Source: an uncultured Candidatus Binatia bacterium (lineage in GTDB: Bacteria > Desulfobacterota > Binatia > UBA9968 > JAJDTQ01). Taken from it: a DNA stretch of 64,000 nucleotides. Below the pieces are notes generated by a model. It saw only the letters and a list, made by a program, of their open reading frames with translations. It was not told the origin of the DNA and searched no databases. Position numbers and translations under genes: made by a program. The stretch lies in the NCBI GenBank assembly GCA_964291295.2, contig OZ219754.1, forward strand, positions 363,393 to 427,392, written 5' to 3'. Below are positions 1-8,729 of this stretch, piece after piece; the stretch's first letter is position 1, and each line of letters begins with the position of its first letter.

Positions 1-1
1 C

Positions 2-730
2 CGGGTACCCACCCGTGCCTTGCTCACCGCGGTGCACATGCACGACGAGCGCACCGGCTGGGCCGTCGGACACGATGCGGTGATTCTTCGTACCGACGAC
101 CGCGGCGACACCTGGCGGCTGCTGCACCGCGCACCGGAAGAGGAGCGTCCCTTGCTGGACGTCTGGTTCCGGGACCGGAACGCAGGCTTTGCGGTGGGAG
201 CCTATGGCTACTTCCTGGCCACCGGCGACGGCGGCGAGACCTGGAACTCCCGCACCATCAGCAAGGATGACTTTCACCTGAACGCGATGGTGTCCGCGGG
301 GGGACGCCGGCTCTTCATGGCGGCGGAATCCGGCGTTGCGTACCGCTCCGACGACGGCGGCGGAACTTGGCGCGCGCTTCCCTCCCCCTATGCCGGCTCC
401 TGGTACGGCGCGCTGGCGCTCGCTCGGGACCGGCTCCTGCTGCTGGGGCTCCGGGGACATCTCTTCCGGTCCGAGGATGGCGGCGGACGCTGGACGCGGG
501 TGGCCACCGGCACCACCGCGACCCTCACCAACGCCACCCGCCTGCCGGGCGGAGCGGTGCTCGTCACCGGCCTCGAAGGAATCCTGCTCATGAGCCGGGA
601 CGGGGGCCGGAGCGTCTCCACCACCCGCCTGCCGTTACGCCAGGGCATCACGTCGGCGCTGGCGCTGGCCGACGGCAGTGTGCTGCTGACCGGCGAGTTC
701 GGGGTCCGGCGACTGCCCCGGCCCGAGTAG
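2..730 (+). CDS. BNR/Ycf48-like beta-propeller protein (5' end outside window)
   Basis: Frame is open from the window edge to TAG at 728-730. Five spaced BNR-type motifs are present (DDRGDTW, GDGGETW, SDDGGGTW, SEDGGGRW, SRDGGRS). The gene lies 6 nt upstream of an RND exporter gene. Confidence 0.65.
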   Translation, partial: RVPTRALLTAVHMHDERTGWAVGHDAVILRTDDRGDTWRLLHRAPEEERPLLDVWFRDRNAGFAVGAYGYFLATGDGGETWNSRTISKDDFHLNAMVSAGGRRLFMAAESGVAYRSDDGGGTWRALPSPYAGSWYGALALARDRLLLLGLRGHLFRSEDGGGRWTRVATGTTATLTNATRLPGGAVLVTGLEGILLMSRDGGRSVSTTRLPLRQGITSALALADGSVLLTGEFGVRRLPRPE

Positions 731-736
731 CCGCTC

Positions 737-3130
737 ATGCCCGGCGCATCCGAAGACTCCGCCCCGAACCGTTCGACGGCCTTCATCGAACGCTGCCTGT
801 TCGGCCACCGCGCGCTCGTGCTGGCCGCATTCGCCGTCGCCACGCTGGTCATGGCGTGGTACGCGGCGCAATTGCGGGTGGATGCCGGGTTCTTCAAGCT
901 CGTGCCCCTCAAGCACAGGTACATGGAGACCTTCCTCAAGCACCAGCAGGAGTTCGGCAGCGCCGACCAGGTGGTGATCGCACTCACCGCGCGCGAGGGC
1001 GACATGTTCACCCCGGAGTTCTTCCAGGTGCTGCGCCAGGTCACCGACGCGATGTTCTTCCTCCCCGGGATCGACCGCACCCAAGTCTACTCCATCCTCA
1101 CCCCCAACGTACGCTTCATCGAGGTGGTGGAAGACGGCGTCACCGCCGGCAACGTGTTGCCGGCCGGCTTCAAGCCCACCGCGGACGGGCTTGCCCGGGT
1201 GCGCGAGAACGCCATCAAGGCCGGCGTCGTCGGCAGGCTGGTGGCCAACGACTTCACCGGAGCCATCGTCAGCGGCCGGTTGCAGGAGTTCGACCCCAAT
1301 ACCGGCCAACGCCTGGACTACATCGAGGTGGCCCGTCAACTCGAGGGCATTCGCGCCGGGGCCGAGGCCGGCGCCGCCGTGGACGCGCACGTCATCGGAT
1401 TCGCCAAGCTGGTGGGCGATATCGCCGCGGGCGGTGCCCGGGTGATGGCGTTCTTCGGCATCGCTGTCCTCATCACCGCGCTGTTCGTGTATCTCTACAC
1501 CCGGTCGGTGCGCCTCACCCTGCCGCCGCTGCTGTGCTCGCTGGTGGCGGTGGCATGGCAGCTCGGAACGGTCACCGCCCTGGGCTTCGGCATCGATCCC
1601 ATGTCCATCCTGGTGCCGTTCCTGGTGTTCGCGGTGGGGGTCAGCCACGGCGTGCAGATGGTGAGCGCGGTGCGCGCCGACATGGTGGCGGGCGCCACCG
1701 CTCCGGACGCCGCGCGCGCCGGTTTCCGGCGGCTGCTGCTGCCAGGCACGGCGGCGCTCGCGTCCGATTCGGTGGGCTTCATCACCATCGCGTTCATCGA
1801 GGTGCAGGTGATCCGGGAAACCGCCATCACCGCCAGCCTGGGCATCGTGGCCATCATCCTGACCAACCTGGCGCTGCTGCCGGTGCTGCTCTCGTACTTC
1901 CGCATGAGCGAGGCCGAGCGGCAAGCCGCCGCCCGGCGCGACAGCGTCTTGCGGCCCTTGTGGTCCAGGGTGGCGCGGTTGGCGCGCCGGGGTCCCGCGG
2001 CCGTGACCGTGGTGCTGGCGGCGTTGCTGGTGGCGGCGGGAGCGCACTACGCGGTGCAGGTCAAGGTGGGCGACAGCCACCCGGGAGTGCCGGAACTGCG
2101 GGCGGAGTCCGTCTACAACCGCGACATCGCCGCCATTACCGAGCGCTTCAAGATCGGCGTCGACGTGCTCACGGTGTTCGCGGAGACGGCACCGGACGGC
2201 TGCATCGACTACGACGTGCTCACCACGCTGGACGCCTTCACCTGGCACATGCGCAACGTGGAGGGGGTCCGGTCGGCGGTGAGTCTCGCCAGCATCGCCC
2301 GCAACATCAACACTGGCTGGAACGAAGGCAGTCTCAAGTGGCGCACGCTGCCGCGGAACCGCTACAGCCTGGTGCAGTCCGTCTCCCCGGTGCCCACCGG
2401 CAGCGGCCTCCTCAACAACGATTGCAGCGTGCTGCCGGTGCACATCTACACCACCGATCACAAGGCCGAGACCATCCAGCGCATCGTCGACGCCACCCGG
2501 GACTTCGAGCGCCGCAACACGCTGGAGCGCATCCGCTTCCGGCTGGCCGGCGGCAACGTCGGGGTCATGGCCGCCACCAACGAGGAGGTGGACGCTTCCC
2601 GGTTCCCGATCCTCGGCCATGTCTTCGCCGCGGTCAGCCTGCTGTGTCTGATCTCCTTCCGCTCGGCGGCGGCCACCGTGTGCATCATCGTGCCCCTGGC
2701 CGCGGTATCACTGATGGCCTACGGGCTCATGGCGATACTGGAGATCGGACTCAAGATCTCGACCCTGCCGGTGGTGGCCCTGGGGGTGGGCATCGGCGTG
2801 GACTACGCCATCTACATCTACGGCACGCTCCGCACCCACCTGGAGCAGGGCCTCGACTTCGCCGCGGCCTACGAGCGCACGCTCCACGTCACCGGCGCCG
2901 GGGTGGCGCTCACCGGCCTGACCCTGGCGGCGGGCGTGGCCACCTGGATCGCCGCGCCGCTCAAGTTCCAGGCCGACATGGGCACCGTGCTGATGTTCAT
3001 GTTCCTGGTGAACATGATCGCCGCCGTCGTGCTGTTGCCGGCCCTCGGCGCCTGGCTCGTGCGCCCGGGCCAGCGGGCCGGCGACGCGGCACAGCGCCGG
3101 CCCGCCGCGCCGCCCCTGCCCACTTCCTGA
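737..3130 (+). CDS. RND superfamily exporter (MMPL-type permease)
   Basis: 797-aa ORF with an N-terminal TM segment and two blocks of clustered hydrophobic helices (about res 230-390 and 640-780) separated by large soluble domains, the typical RND/MMPL layout. Its stop codon lies inside direct-repeat copy A. Confidence 0.75.
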   Translation: MPGASEDSAPNRSTAFIERCLFGHRALVLAAFAVATLVMAWYAAQLRVDAGFFKLVPLKHRYMETFLKHQQEFGSADQVVIALTAREGDMFTPEFFQVLRQVTDAMFFLPGIDRTQVYSILTPNVRFIEVVEDGVTAGNVLPAGFKPTADGLARVRENAIKAGVVGRLVANDFTGAIVSGRLQEFDPNTGQRLDYIEVARQLEGIRAGAEAGAAVDAHVIGFAKLVGDIAAGGARVMAFFGIAVLITALFVYLYTRSVRLTLPPLLCSLVAVAWQLGTVTALGFGIDPMSILVPFLVFAVGVSHGVQMVSAVRADMVAGATAPDAARAGFRRLLLPGTAALASDSVGFITIAFIEVQVIRETAITASLGIVAIILTNLALLPVLLSYFRMSEAERQAAARRDSVLRPLWSRVARLARRGPAAVTVVLAALLVAAGAHYAVQVKVGDSHPGVPELRAESVYNRDIAAITERFKIGVDVLTVFAETAPDGCIDYDVLTTLDAFTWHMRNVEGVRSAVSLASIARNINTGWNEGSLKWRTLPRNRYSLVQSVSPVPTGSGLLNNDCSVLPVHIYTTDHKAETIQRIVDATRDFERRNTLERIRFRLAGGNVGVMAATNEEVDASRFPILGHVFAAVSLLCLISFRSAAATVCIIVPLAAVSLMAYGLMAILEIGLKISTLPVVALGVGIGVDYAIYIYGTLRTHLEQGLDFAAAYERTLHVTGAGVALTGLTLAAGVATWIAAPLKFQADMGTVLMFMFLVNMIAAVVLLPALGAWLVRPGQRAGDAAQRRPAAPPLPTS

Positions 3131-3164
3131 CCGCCGTCCGTACCTGGAGATGGCGCCGAAGTCC
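3120..3164. repeat. Direct repeat copy A (45 bp, 42/45 identical to 6407-6451) flanking the 3.3-kb islet
   Basis: ccacttcctgaccgccgtcCgtacctggAgatggcgccgaAgtcc, aligned by eye to copy B. It contains the RND gene stop codon. Its reverse complement encodes a degenerate copy (GDFGAISRY) of the Fic C-terminus (DLGAIARY). Confidence 0.8.
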
Positions 3165-3249
3165 CCGCCAGACGCGCGAAACGCGGCTCCCCGAAGAGAT
3201 GAAACTCGCGCCGCAGCACCATCCGCCTCGCCAGACCCGCCATCCCCAC

Positions 3250-3628
3250 TGGAATGAAGAAGCCATGTGGCGTACCTGCGTCAGGCTCACCGACATCGAA
3301 GCGGTCTTCCGCTCCCTGAAATCCGAACTCGGCCTGCGACCCGTCTACCACCACAAGGCGCTCCGCGCCGAAGGACATCTGTTCATTACCGTACTCGCCT
3401 GCCAACTCGTCCAGGTCATCCGTACTCGCCTGCGTCAAGCGGACGAGAACGCCAGATGGACCACACTACGCCGCGTCCTCCAGGGAAAGCAGCGCGTCAC
3501 CATCACGTGCCGACGGGCGCACCCTGCACGTGCGCAAGGCGACCCGCGCCGAACCAACCCAGCAGGCCATCTACAAAGCCCTGGGCATTGATCCCGCTCC
3601 CGGAGGAACTCGCAAAACCCTGGTGTAA
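3250..3628 (+). pseudogene. IS1634/IS4-like transposase, C-terminal remnant with frameshift
   Basis: Translation gives ...EEAMWRTCVRLTDIEAVFRSLKSELGLRPVYHHKALRAEGHLFITVLACQLVQ..., matching the conserved C-terminal block of IS4/IS1634-type DDE transposases. After ...RVTIT the reading frame shifts by one base near 3510 and continues ADGRTLHVRKATRAEPTQQAIYKALGIDPAPGGTRKTLV* (TAA at 3626-3628). About 80% of the N-terminal part of the gene is absent. Confidence 0.6.
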
Positions 3629-3960
3629 CCAACCTTCAAATACTCACTTGTAGTGCCACTTGCCGCTTCTGCTCATCGTAACTCTATGATATGTAACGAG
3701 ATCTTGCGGAGGGTGGTAAAGCTGGGTCAGTGCGGCGGGCGAGGCCGGCCGGCCTGCGATGTTCGAGAGTCTTCCGTTGTGTGACAAATGATTGGGCCAG
3801 TTCAGCCTCTGGACGCGATGCCGGGCACAGGGCACGTTGTCTGTTCCAACCCGCCACAACGACCTGTCCGACTTTCCGACGCCACCTCACATCCGAGTGG
3901 ACGGCCCGTGAGCGCGAGTTTTGAATGGCCCTGCTGCGGGTGGGGCTTCGCGAGTGTCCA

Positions 3961-4590
3961 TCAGTCCTCTCTGGTGTCGTGGGATACCTCGCATCGGATC
4001 TCGACCCGCGAGTGCTTGCGAGGATCGCTCAGTGCTCGCCTGGCGAATACCGGCACATTGGTCCCAGCCGACTTGCGGACCGATGGGGCCAGCAGTCCGT
4101 CCAGGTCTTCGGCAACAGCTTCAACTCCCAAACGGTTGCAGAACGTGTAGTCGTTCCCGTGCATCAAGCCGGGCCATAGGGTCTGCATGGGGCGCAGATC
4201 TTTCGTATGGCCCCGGAAATCGCAGGTGAACCGCGAGTACCATGCACTTCGGCCGCCGCTTGGCCTGCCGGCGAACTTTTCGCGGAACCGATGGAGAACC
4301 TCGGCCTCTGCCGTCTCCGCCTCAAGGGAGAAGTACCCGACAGGGAAAGAGCCGTCGGAAAAACGCGACTTGGGGTAACCGGAGCCATCAAGACGCCGCT
4401 TCGGCAAGAATGGCGCGTCAAGGAGTTTCTCGAGGGAATCGGACATCCCGCGCGAATGCAGGAACTCCGTCATCTCGGAGACCTGTTCCGGACTCATCTC
4501 CTGGTCGCGCAGAAAGTCGTCATCCGTTTGATGGCTCACGAATCGAACCAGAACCGCCTCGCGGGGTCGAGCGACAACTTCCTCCAGCAC
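3961..4590 (-). CDS. RES-domain toxin (NAD+-targeting toxin family of Xre-RES type II TA systems)
   Basis: The ORF contains a ...SRFSDGSFPVGYFSLEAETAEAEVLHRF... core typical of RES domains. A GTG start at 4590 sits just after the upstream gene's TGA (cgTTGAacGTG). The ORF track extends to 4713 but that overlaps the antitoxin. Confidence 0.75.
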   Translation of the reverse strand: MLEEVVARPREAVLVRFVSHQTDDDFLRDQEMSPEQVSEMTEFLHSRGMSDSLEKLLDAPFLPKRRLDGSGYPKSRFSDGSFPVGYFSLEAETAEAEVLHRFREKFAGRPSGGRSAWYSRFTCDFRGHTKDLRPMQTLWPGLMHGNDYTFCNRLGVEAVAEDLDGLLAPSVRKSAGTNVPVFARRALSDPRKHSRVEIRCEVSHDTRED

Positions 4591-4592
4591 GT

Positions 4593-5243
4593 TCAACGCC
4601 CTGCTGCCGCTTCGACGTACTCCTTCACAAGCAGCAGATTCTCCATCGACCCGTCCAGCATCCGGTCCATGGGCGAGCGCCCATCCAGCATCGTATGCGG
4701 CTCCCGAAGCCACCGATTCTCGACTTTCAGGTCTTGGAACAGTGCCGACAGTATCTTGCGAATCCGGTACAGGTATGCGACGCGATCCTTGGCGTCCCTT
4801 CCCTTGAGAGCGTCTCGCCCGGCCAGCAGATTCCCGGCGAACGATCCGTCATCCGGGTCCATTCCCAGCAGAACGGTGGCGTCCATCAAGTTCAACTCCC
4901 ATGCAGCGAGGAGATTCCTGAGAAATTGAACAGGCCCCGTCAGGCGTGGCTGGTATGGTGAAGTCCTTGCGTCGATTCCCGGCACGACGGTGCCCGCACG
5001 CACCTCTTGACGCAGGAACTCAGGATGCGATCCTTCTTCCCTGATCGTATAGTTTCCCGACATTCCCCGCCGCACGGGATGCACGTCCGGAACAAACCGG
5101 GTGTGCCGGATGCCCCCCGCGCGCCTGATCGGTTGTTTGACCCTTAGCTGGGACTCGAGTCCATCGCTCCCCCGCGAGACATGCCCGACCGTCGGGCTGC
5201 GGCCACCGAGCAGCCCACGTTCGTAAGACGGCTCCCACATCAT
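4593..5243 (-). CDS. DUF2384/Xre-like antitoxin of RES toxin
   Basis: The C-terminal ...WLREPHTMLDGRSPMDRMLDGSMENLLLVKEYVEAAAGR matches the DUF2384 antitoxin domain. A strong SD (cAGGAGGtgaagATGATG) precedes the ATG at 5243. The gene lies immediately upstream of the RES gene. Confidence 0.7.
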   Translation of the reverse strand: MMWEPSYERGLLGGRSPTVGHVSRGSDGLESQLRVKQPIRRAGGIRHTRFVPDVHPVRRGMSGNYTIREEGSHPEFLRQEVRAGTVVPGIDARTSPYQPRLTGPVQFLRNLLAAWELNLMDATVLLGMDPDDGSFAGNLLAGRDALKGRDAKDRVAYLYRIRKILSALFQDLKVENRWLREPHTMLDGRSPMDRMLDGSMENLLLVKEYVEAAAGR

Positions 5244-5269
5244 CTTCACCTCCTGAAAAGCGCCGGATT

Positions 5270-5992
5270 TCATGACGCCACCGAGTTGGTGGGAATGGGC
5301 ACCATCTCGACAGTCAGCCCCCGAAGCAATGCTTCGAGAAGTCGCCGCAGGCGGTCGATGTACTCCGCGTGCGGATGCAACTCCGGGGGTTCCGCGTATG
5401 CCACCCAGCATGAAGCAAAGATTGACGACTTCTCCACCACGCTGTCGTATGCGTGCAAGACTGCACGCCAACCTTCATCGTCGTTCTGGACTTCAAGGTT
5501 GATGCACGGATACAACGCTGCGTTGCCCAAGCCGGTCAAATCCATGTCGATACCCGGTTTCACTACCTGTTGCAGGAAATCGCGCGCGTCAACGGACCCA
5601 TCGCCGAGCCGGAGCGACAGCGTGGATCGAACTGCGACCGTCGCAATCACGACCTGCGGGAACGCTCCTTTCAGTGCCTGCACCACCAACGCGAAGCATT
5701 CGTTGCAGATTGCGAGATCCTGTTCGCTTCTCAGGCCGTTGAACCGCATCGACAGCTTCTCTACCGTCACCTCAATGGTCCCATTCCCTCCAAACATCGT
5801 CACGCGCACGCACACGTCCGAAAGTGCGTTCCCGCCGGATACCTGCAAGTCTGTCGTTCGAAGCGGAAATCGGGGATGGATGAACTGGTGCAATGCTCTC
5901 ATAAGCTCCGTGGTGCGACCCGGCAAGTCGAACAGCGGCACGGAGAATTCCGCCTCGTACGTCATCTCCATCCATTCAAGGCTACCCTTCAC
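5270..5992 (-). CDS. Hypothetical protein, first gene of the RES/antitoxin operon
   Basis: Roughly 240-aa ORF with no recognisable motifs. The GTG at 5992 is preceded by AGGAGAGG-N5. The stop lies 24 nt upstream of the preferred antitoxin start at 5243, and overlaps an alternative in-frame ATG at 5271-5273 (tCATga). Confidence 0.5.
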   Translation of the reverse strand: MKGSLEWMEMTYEAEFSVPLFDLPGRTTELMRALHQFIHPRFPLRTTDLQVSGGNALSDVCVRVTMFGGNGTIEVTVEKLSMRFNGLRSEQDLAICNECFALVVQALKGAFPQVVIATVAVRSTLSLRLGDGSVDARDFLQQVVKPGIDMDLTGLGNAALYPCINLEVQNDDEGWRAVLHAYDSVVEKSSIFASCWVAYAEPPELHPHAEYIDRLRRLLEALLRGLTVEMVPIPTNSVAS

Positions 5993-6406
5993 CGCTGCCT
6001 CTCCTGGTGCATGCCGATACTCGACTTGTCGCTGTGCAGGATCTTCCCCGTAACGTTCATTGCCCGGCACACCCGTCGCGCCACAGTCATGCCCGCTTCC
6101 CACCTTGTATCCCCTGTCTCCGTTTCCTCTGAGTCGTGTACCCGAAGACGGGATGTCCGCCCCACCCAAGTGCACCGGATTCGCCATCCCTTTGCATGGG
6201 CGGTTCCCCCAAAAACCCAGCAGACTGGTTCCCGGATGTTATGCATCGCCGGTCACCTTTGTGCAAGCACCGCGCGAGCCGCAGGCCGCGGCGTCAAACC
6301 GGGACATCGTCGGGATGCGCCACCGTCGAGACCGAAGTGCAGGGCGTAGCGCATGAAGCGCCCGGTTGGACGAACTCGGCCTTGGCGCGCCGATGCGCGC
6401 CCCCGG

Positions 6407-6451
6407 CCACTTCCTGACCGCCGTCAGTACCTGGCGATGGCGCCGAGGTCC
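6407..6451. repeat. Direct repeat copy B (45 bp) flanking the 3.3-kb islet
   Basis: ccacttcctgaccgccgtcAgtacctggCgatggcgccgaGgtcc. It contains the Fic gene stop codon. Its plus-strand reading gives ...PPATS*, a degenerate copy of the RND C-terminus ...PLPTS*. Confidence 0.8.
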
Positions 6452-7608
6452 AGTTCCACGACCCAGTCTCCGACCGATTCATCCTTCGCAAAGAAGATGA
6501 ACCCCAGATCCCTGAGCCTCAGCAACTCTCGATGGAGAGTCCGTCTCGTGACGTTGCGGTACGCGGATTTCACGTATCGGTCCTCAAGCAGTTCCGCCAG
6601 CGCGATGCGCCGGGACGACGCATCCGAGAAGGGATCCACCGGTTCCGTCCCGCTCAGGAGAAAGTCGAGAAGCTGATACTCCCGCTGGTTCAGCAGCCGT
6701 CTGCGAGCGCCCGTTTTCCTGTTGAGGGCCTCCACGAGCATAGTCCGGTACACCAACCGGTTGAGCTTTGCCTTGACGAAGTTGTTGATGCCCTTGAGTT
6801 CGCTCGCGAAGCCTTCAACTCCAAAGCGAACGAAGGCCGTGACATCAAAGGGCTGACGTTCCCGGCATTGTTGCAGGATCGACTTGTACCGACTCTCATG
6901 GCGATAGAAATAGTTGGACAGCCCGTAGAACCCGTGGACGTTGTATCCGAGTTGAAACAGCATTCCCGCTTCGACCAGCCGTGAGACCCTTCCATTGCCG
7001 TCACCAAAAGGATGGACGGTTACCAGGAAAAAATGCGCGAGCAAGGCCCGGACCGCGGGATGAGTCTCCTCGAACCGACGCGAATGGAGAAAGTCGATGT
7101 ACTCCGCCATCAACCGTGGCAGCCCCTCATAAGGCACGCCTCGATGGACCCCTCCCAAGTCGTTTGACCCCACGGTGACAGGAAAACCGCGAAGTTTTCC
7201 CGGAATATTGTTGACGATGTCGGAATCGCGCGTGATCATTTCGTGCAGATTGAAGATATCCGCCAATTGGATGGGAGGCGCGTCAGGGCGAAAGCGATTC
7301 CTCACCCAGGACTGCGCAGCCTCGGCGTTCCTTACCTGCAACTGCTCCCTGGCGGCATTGTCCCGGTTCTTCTCCGAGTCCAGCGACTCGAGCTGTTGAG
7401 CGACTTCGGCCTCGGACAGGGGATTGCCTTCAATGGCTGTCGTTCCGTGAACGGCCCGCACGCGGTTCAGACGATCCAACCGGGCTCGCCAATCTTGTGG
7501 AAACACAAGATTGAGGGCAGCCTCTCTGTACGCTTCGATCTGGACGAGGGCCTGGAAGAGACCCTTCGTATCCAGCTGAAAGTCGAAGGAGAACCGCTTC
7601 CAGTCCAT
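6424..7608 (-). CDS. Fic family protein (AMPylase-type) with N-terminal inhibitory helix and C-terminal wHTH
   Basis: Canonical Fic motif HPFGDGNGRVSR. An N-terminal TTAIEGN matches the autoinhibitory (S/T)xxxE(G/N) motif. An AT-rich promoter-like region lies upstream at 7620-7730. Confidence 0.9.
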   Translation of the reverse strand: MDWKRFSFDFQLDTKGLFQALVQIEAYREAALNLVFPQDWRARLDRLNRVRAVHGTTAIEGNPLSEAEVAQQLESLDSEKNRDNAAREQLQVRNAEAAQSWVRNRFRPDAPPIQLADIFNLHEMITRDSDIVNNIPGKLRGFPVTVGSNDLGGVHRGVPYEGLPRLMAEYIDFLHSRRFEETHPAVRALLAHFFLVTVHPFGDGNGRVSRLVEAGMLFQLGYNVHGFYGLSNYFYRHESRYKSILQQCRERQPFDVTAFVRFGVEGFASELKGINNFVKAKLNRLVYRTMLVEALNRKTGARRRLLNQREYQLLDFLLSGTEPVDPFSDASSRRIALAELLEDRYVKSAYRNVTRRTLHRELLRLRDLGFIFFAKDESVGDWVVELDLGAIARY

Positions 7609-7829
7609 GGATCACCTTATGGTTGTCAGCCTGTCCGACCGCAAAAATGACCGCTCCAACTATTCGAATATACAGGCAATCCATGTGGATCACAATGAAA
7701 ACATCGTCTTGTTTGGCTGACTATATGACTGCTTGTCCGGCACACGGATCAACCTTCTGTGCCATGGTTCGGGAGAGGAAGCGGCCGTATTGAGCGGCCG
7801 CATTGAAACAGTGGCGGGAGTGCGGCGGC

Positions 7830-7868
7830 GGGAGTGCGGCGCCACCGATACGCCGGCGCCGCACTCCC
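7830..7868 (-). terminator. Hairpin downstream of GST gene (putative terminator)
   Basis: Perfect 14-bp inverted repeat, gggagtgcggcgcc (7830-7843) and ggcgccgcactccc (7855-7868), 11 nt past the GST stop. There is no strong U-tract. Confidence 0.4.
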
Positions 7869-7878
7869 GGCCGCGGGA

Positions 7879-8517
7879 TCAGGCGGCGAACGACGCCAGG
7901 GTTTCCTTTTCGAAGGCCAGCAGCTTCCGGACGCTGAGGCGGGTCTGCATGCGCGCGAAATGGGCGCGCGTGTTGGGATAGGGCTCCAGGTCGATGTCGA
8001 ACTGGGTGCTGCGGTGCACGCACCAGAAGAAGTGCGCGTCCGGTGCGGTGAAGTGATCGAAGAAGTACTCGCGCCCCTCCAGCATCCCTTCGGCGATGCC
8101 GTAGGCCTCGGCCAGGAACTCGGAGGCGATACGGGACACACTCTCCTGGCTGGCCGCCAGATCGCACACCTTCGCCGGCGAGTTGATCCGGCTGAGGTAC
8201 GGGTGGACGCCCGACGCGCACCAGGACATCACCGACACCGCCTTGACTTCGTCCCAGGGGTTCGCCGGCAGCAGGTTGGCCTGCGGGTAGCGGCGCGCGA
8301 TCCAGAGCTGGATGGCCGCGTTCTCGGAGAGCGGCTCACCGTCCACCACCAGCAGCGGCACCTTGTGCTTGGGATTGAGCTTCAGGTATTCGTCGGACCG
8401 GTTCTGCCCGGCGCGGAAGTTGAGTGCCTTCACCTCGAAGTCGGCGCCGGCCTCGGTCAGCGTGATGTAGGGCGCCATCGCACAGGTGTGAGGCGCGTAG
8501 TACAACTGGATGCTCAT
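7879..8517 (-). CDS. Glutathione S-transferase
   Basis: MSIQLYYAPHTCAMAPYITL...NPKHKVPLLVVDGEPLSENAAI... shows the typical GST N-terminal thioredoxin-fold motifs. The ATG at 8517 was chosen because the track ORF's upstream extension is the tRNA-Leu shadow. Confidence 0.85.
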   Translation of the reverse strand: MSIQLYYAPHTCAMAPYITLTEAGADFEVKALNFRAGQNRSDEYLKLNPKHKVPLLVVDGEPLSENAAIQLWIARRYPQANLLPANPWDEVKAVSVMSWCASGVHPYLSRINSPAKVCDLAASQESVSRIASEFLAEAYGIAEGMLEGREYFFDHFTAPDAHFFWCVHRSTQFDIDLEPYPNTRAHFARMQTRLSVRKLLAFEKETLASFAA

Positions 8518-8565
8518 GGGAACCTCCACGAAATGATGTTGATGAAACGATGTGATGAAACGTAC

Positions 8566-8652
8566 TGGTGCCGGAGGGGGGACTCGAACCCCCACAGGGT
8601 TGCCCCTACTGGATTTTGAGTCCAGCGCGTCTACCAGTTCCACCACTCCGGC
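8566..8652 (-). tRNA. tRNA-Leu (anticodon CAA), class II with long variable arm, CCA encoded
   Basis: The reverse complement folds by eye as gccggag / D-arm / ctgga-CUCAAAA-tccag / long variable arm / gggggttcgagtccccc / ctccggc-a-cca. Confidence 0.9.
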
Positions 8653-8729
8653 ACGGAGAAGAATGAGAATGGACTAATGGAAATGGCCTAGCTTACGGGT
8701 GAGCGAAGGTCAAGGTCGGGAGCCTCTTC

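Noticed and set aside
367-3591. 1074-aa + strand ORF overlapping the RND exporter in another frame, together with many similar long ORFs antisense or out of frame to real genes (e.g. 635-2620, 8993-10861, 16768-19413, 25020-26798, 32233-35811, 42096-43694, 50986-52980, 59910-61949, 62143-63750)
   Set aside because: These are Arg/Pro/Gly/Ala-rich low-complexity translations typical of stop-codon-poor alternative frames in high-GC DNA. Each overlaps a gene with clear family motifs. Only the last ~110 codons of 367-3591 are meaningful, as the transposase remnant.
8518-8646. N-terminal extension of the GST ORF (MVELVDALDSKSSRGNPVGVRVPPPAP...)
   Set aside because: This is the well-known spurious translation of a tRNA-Leu gene. 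The GST starts at the ATG at 8517.
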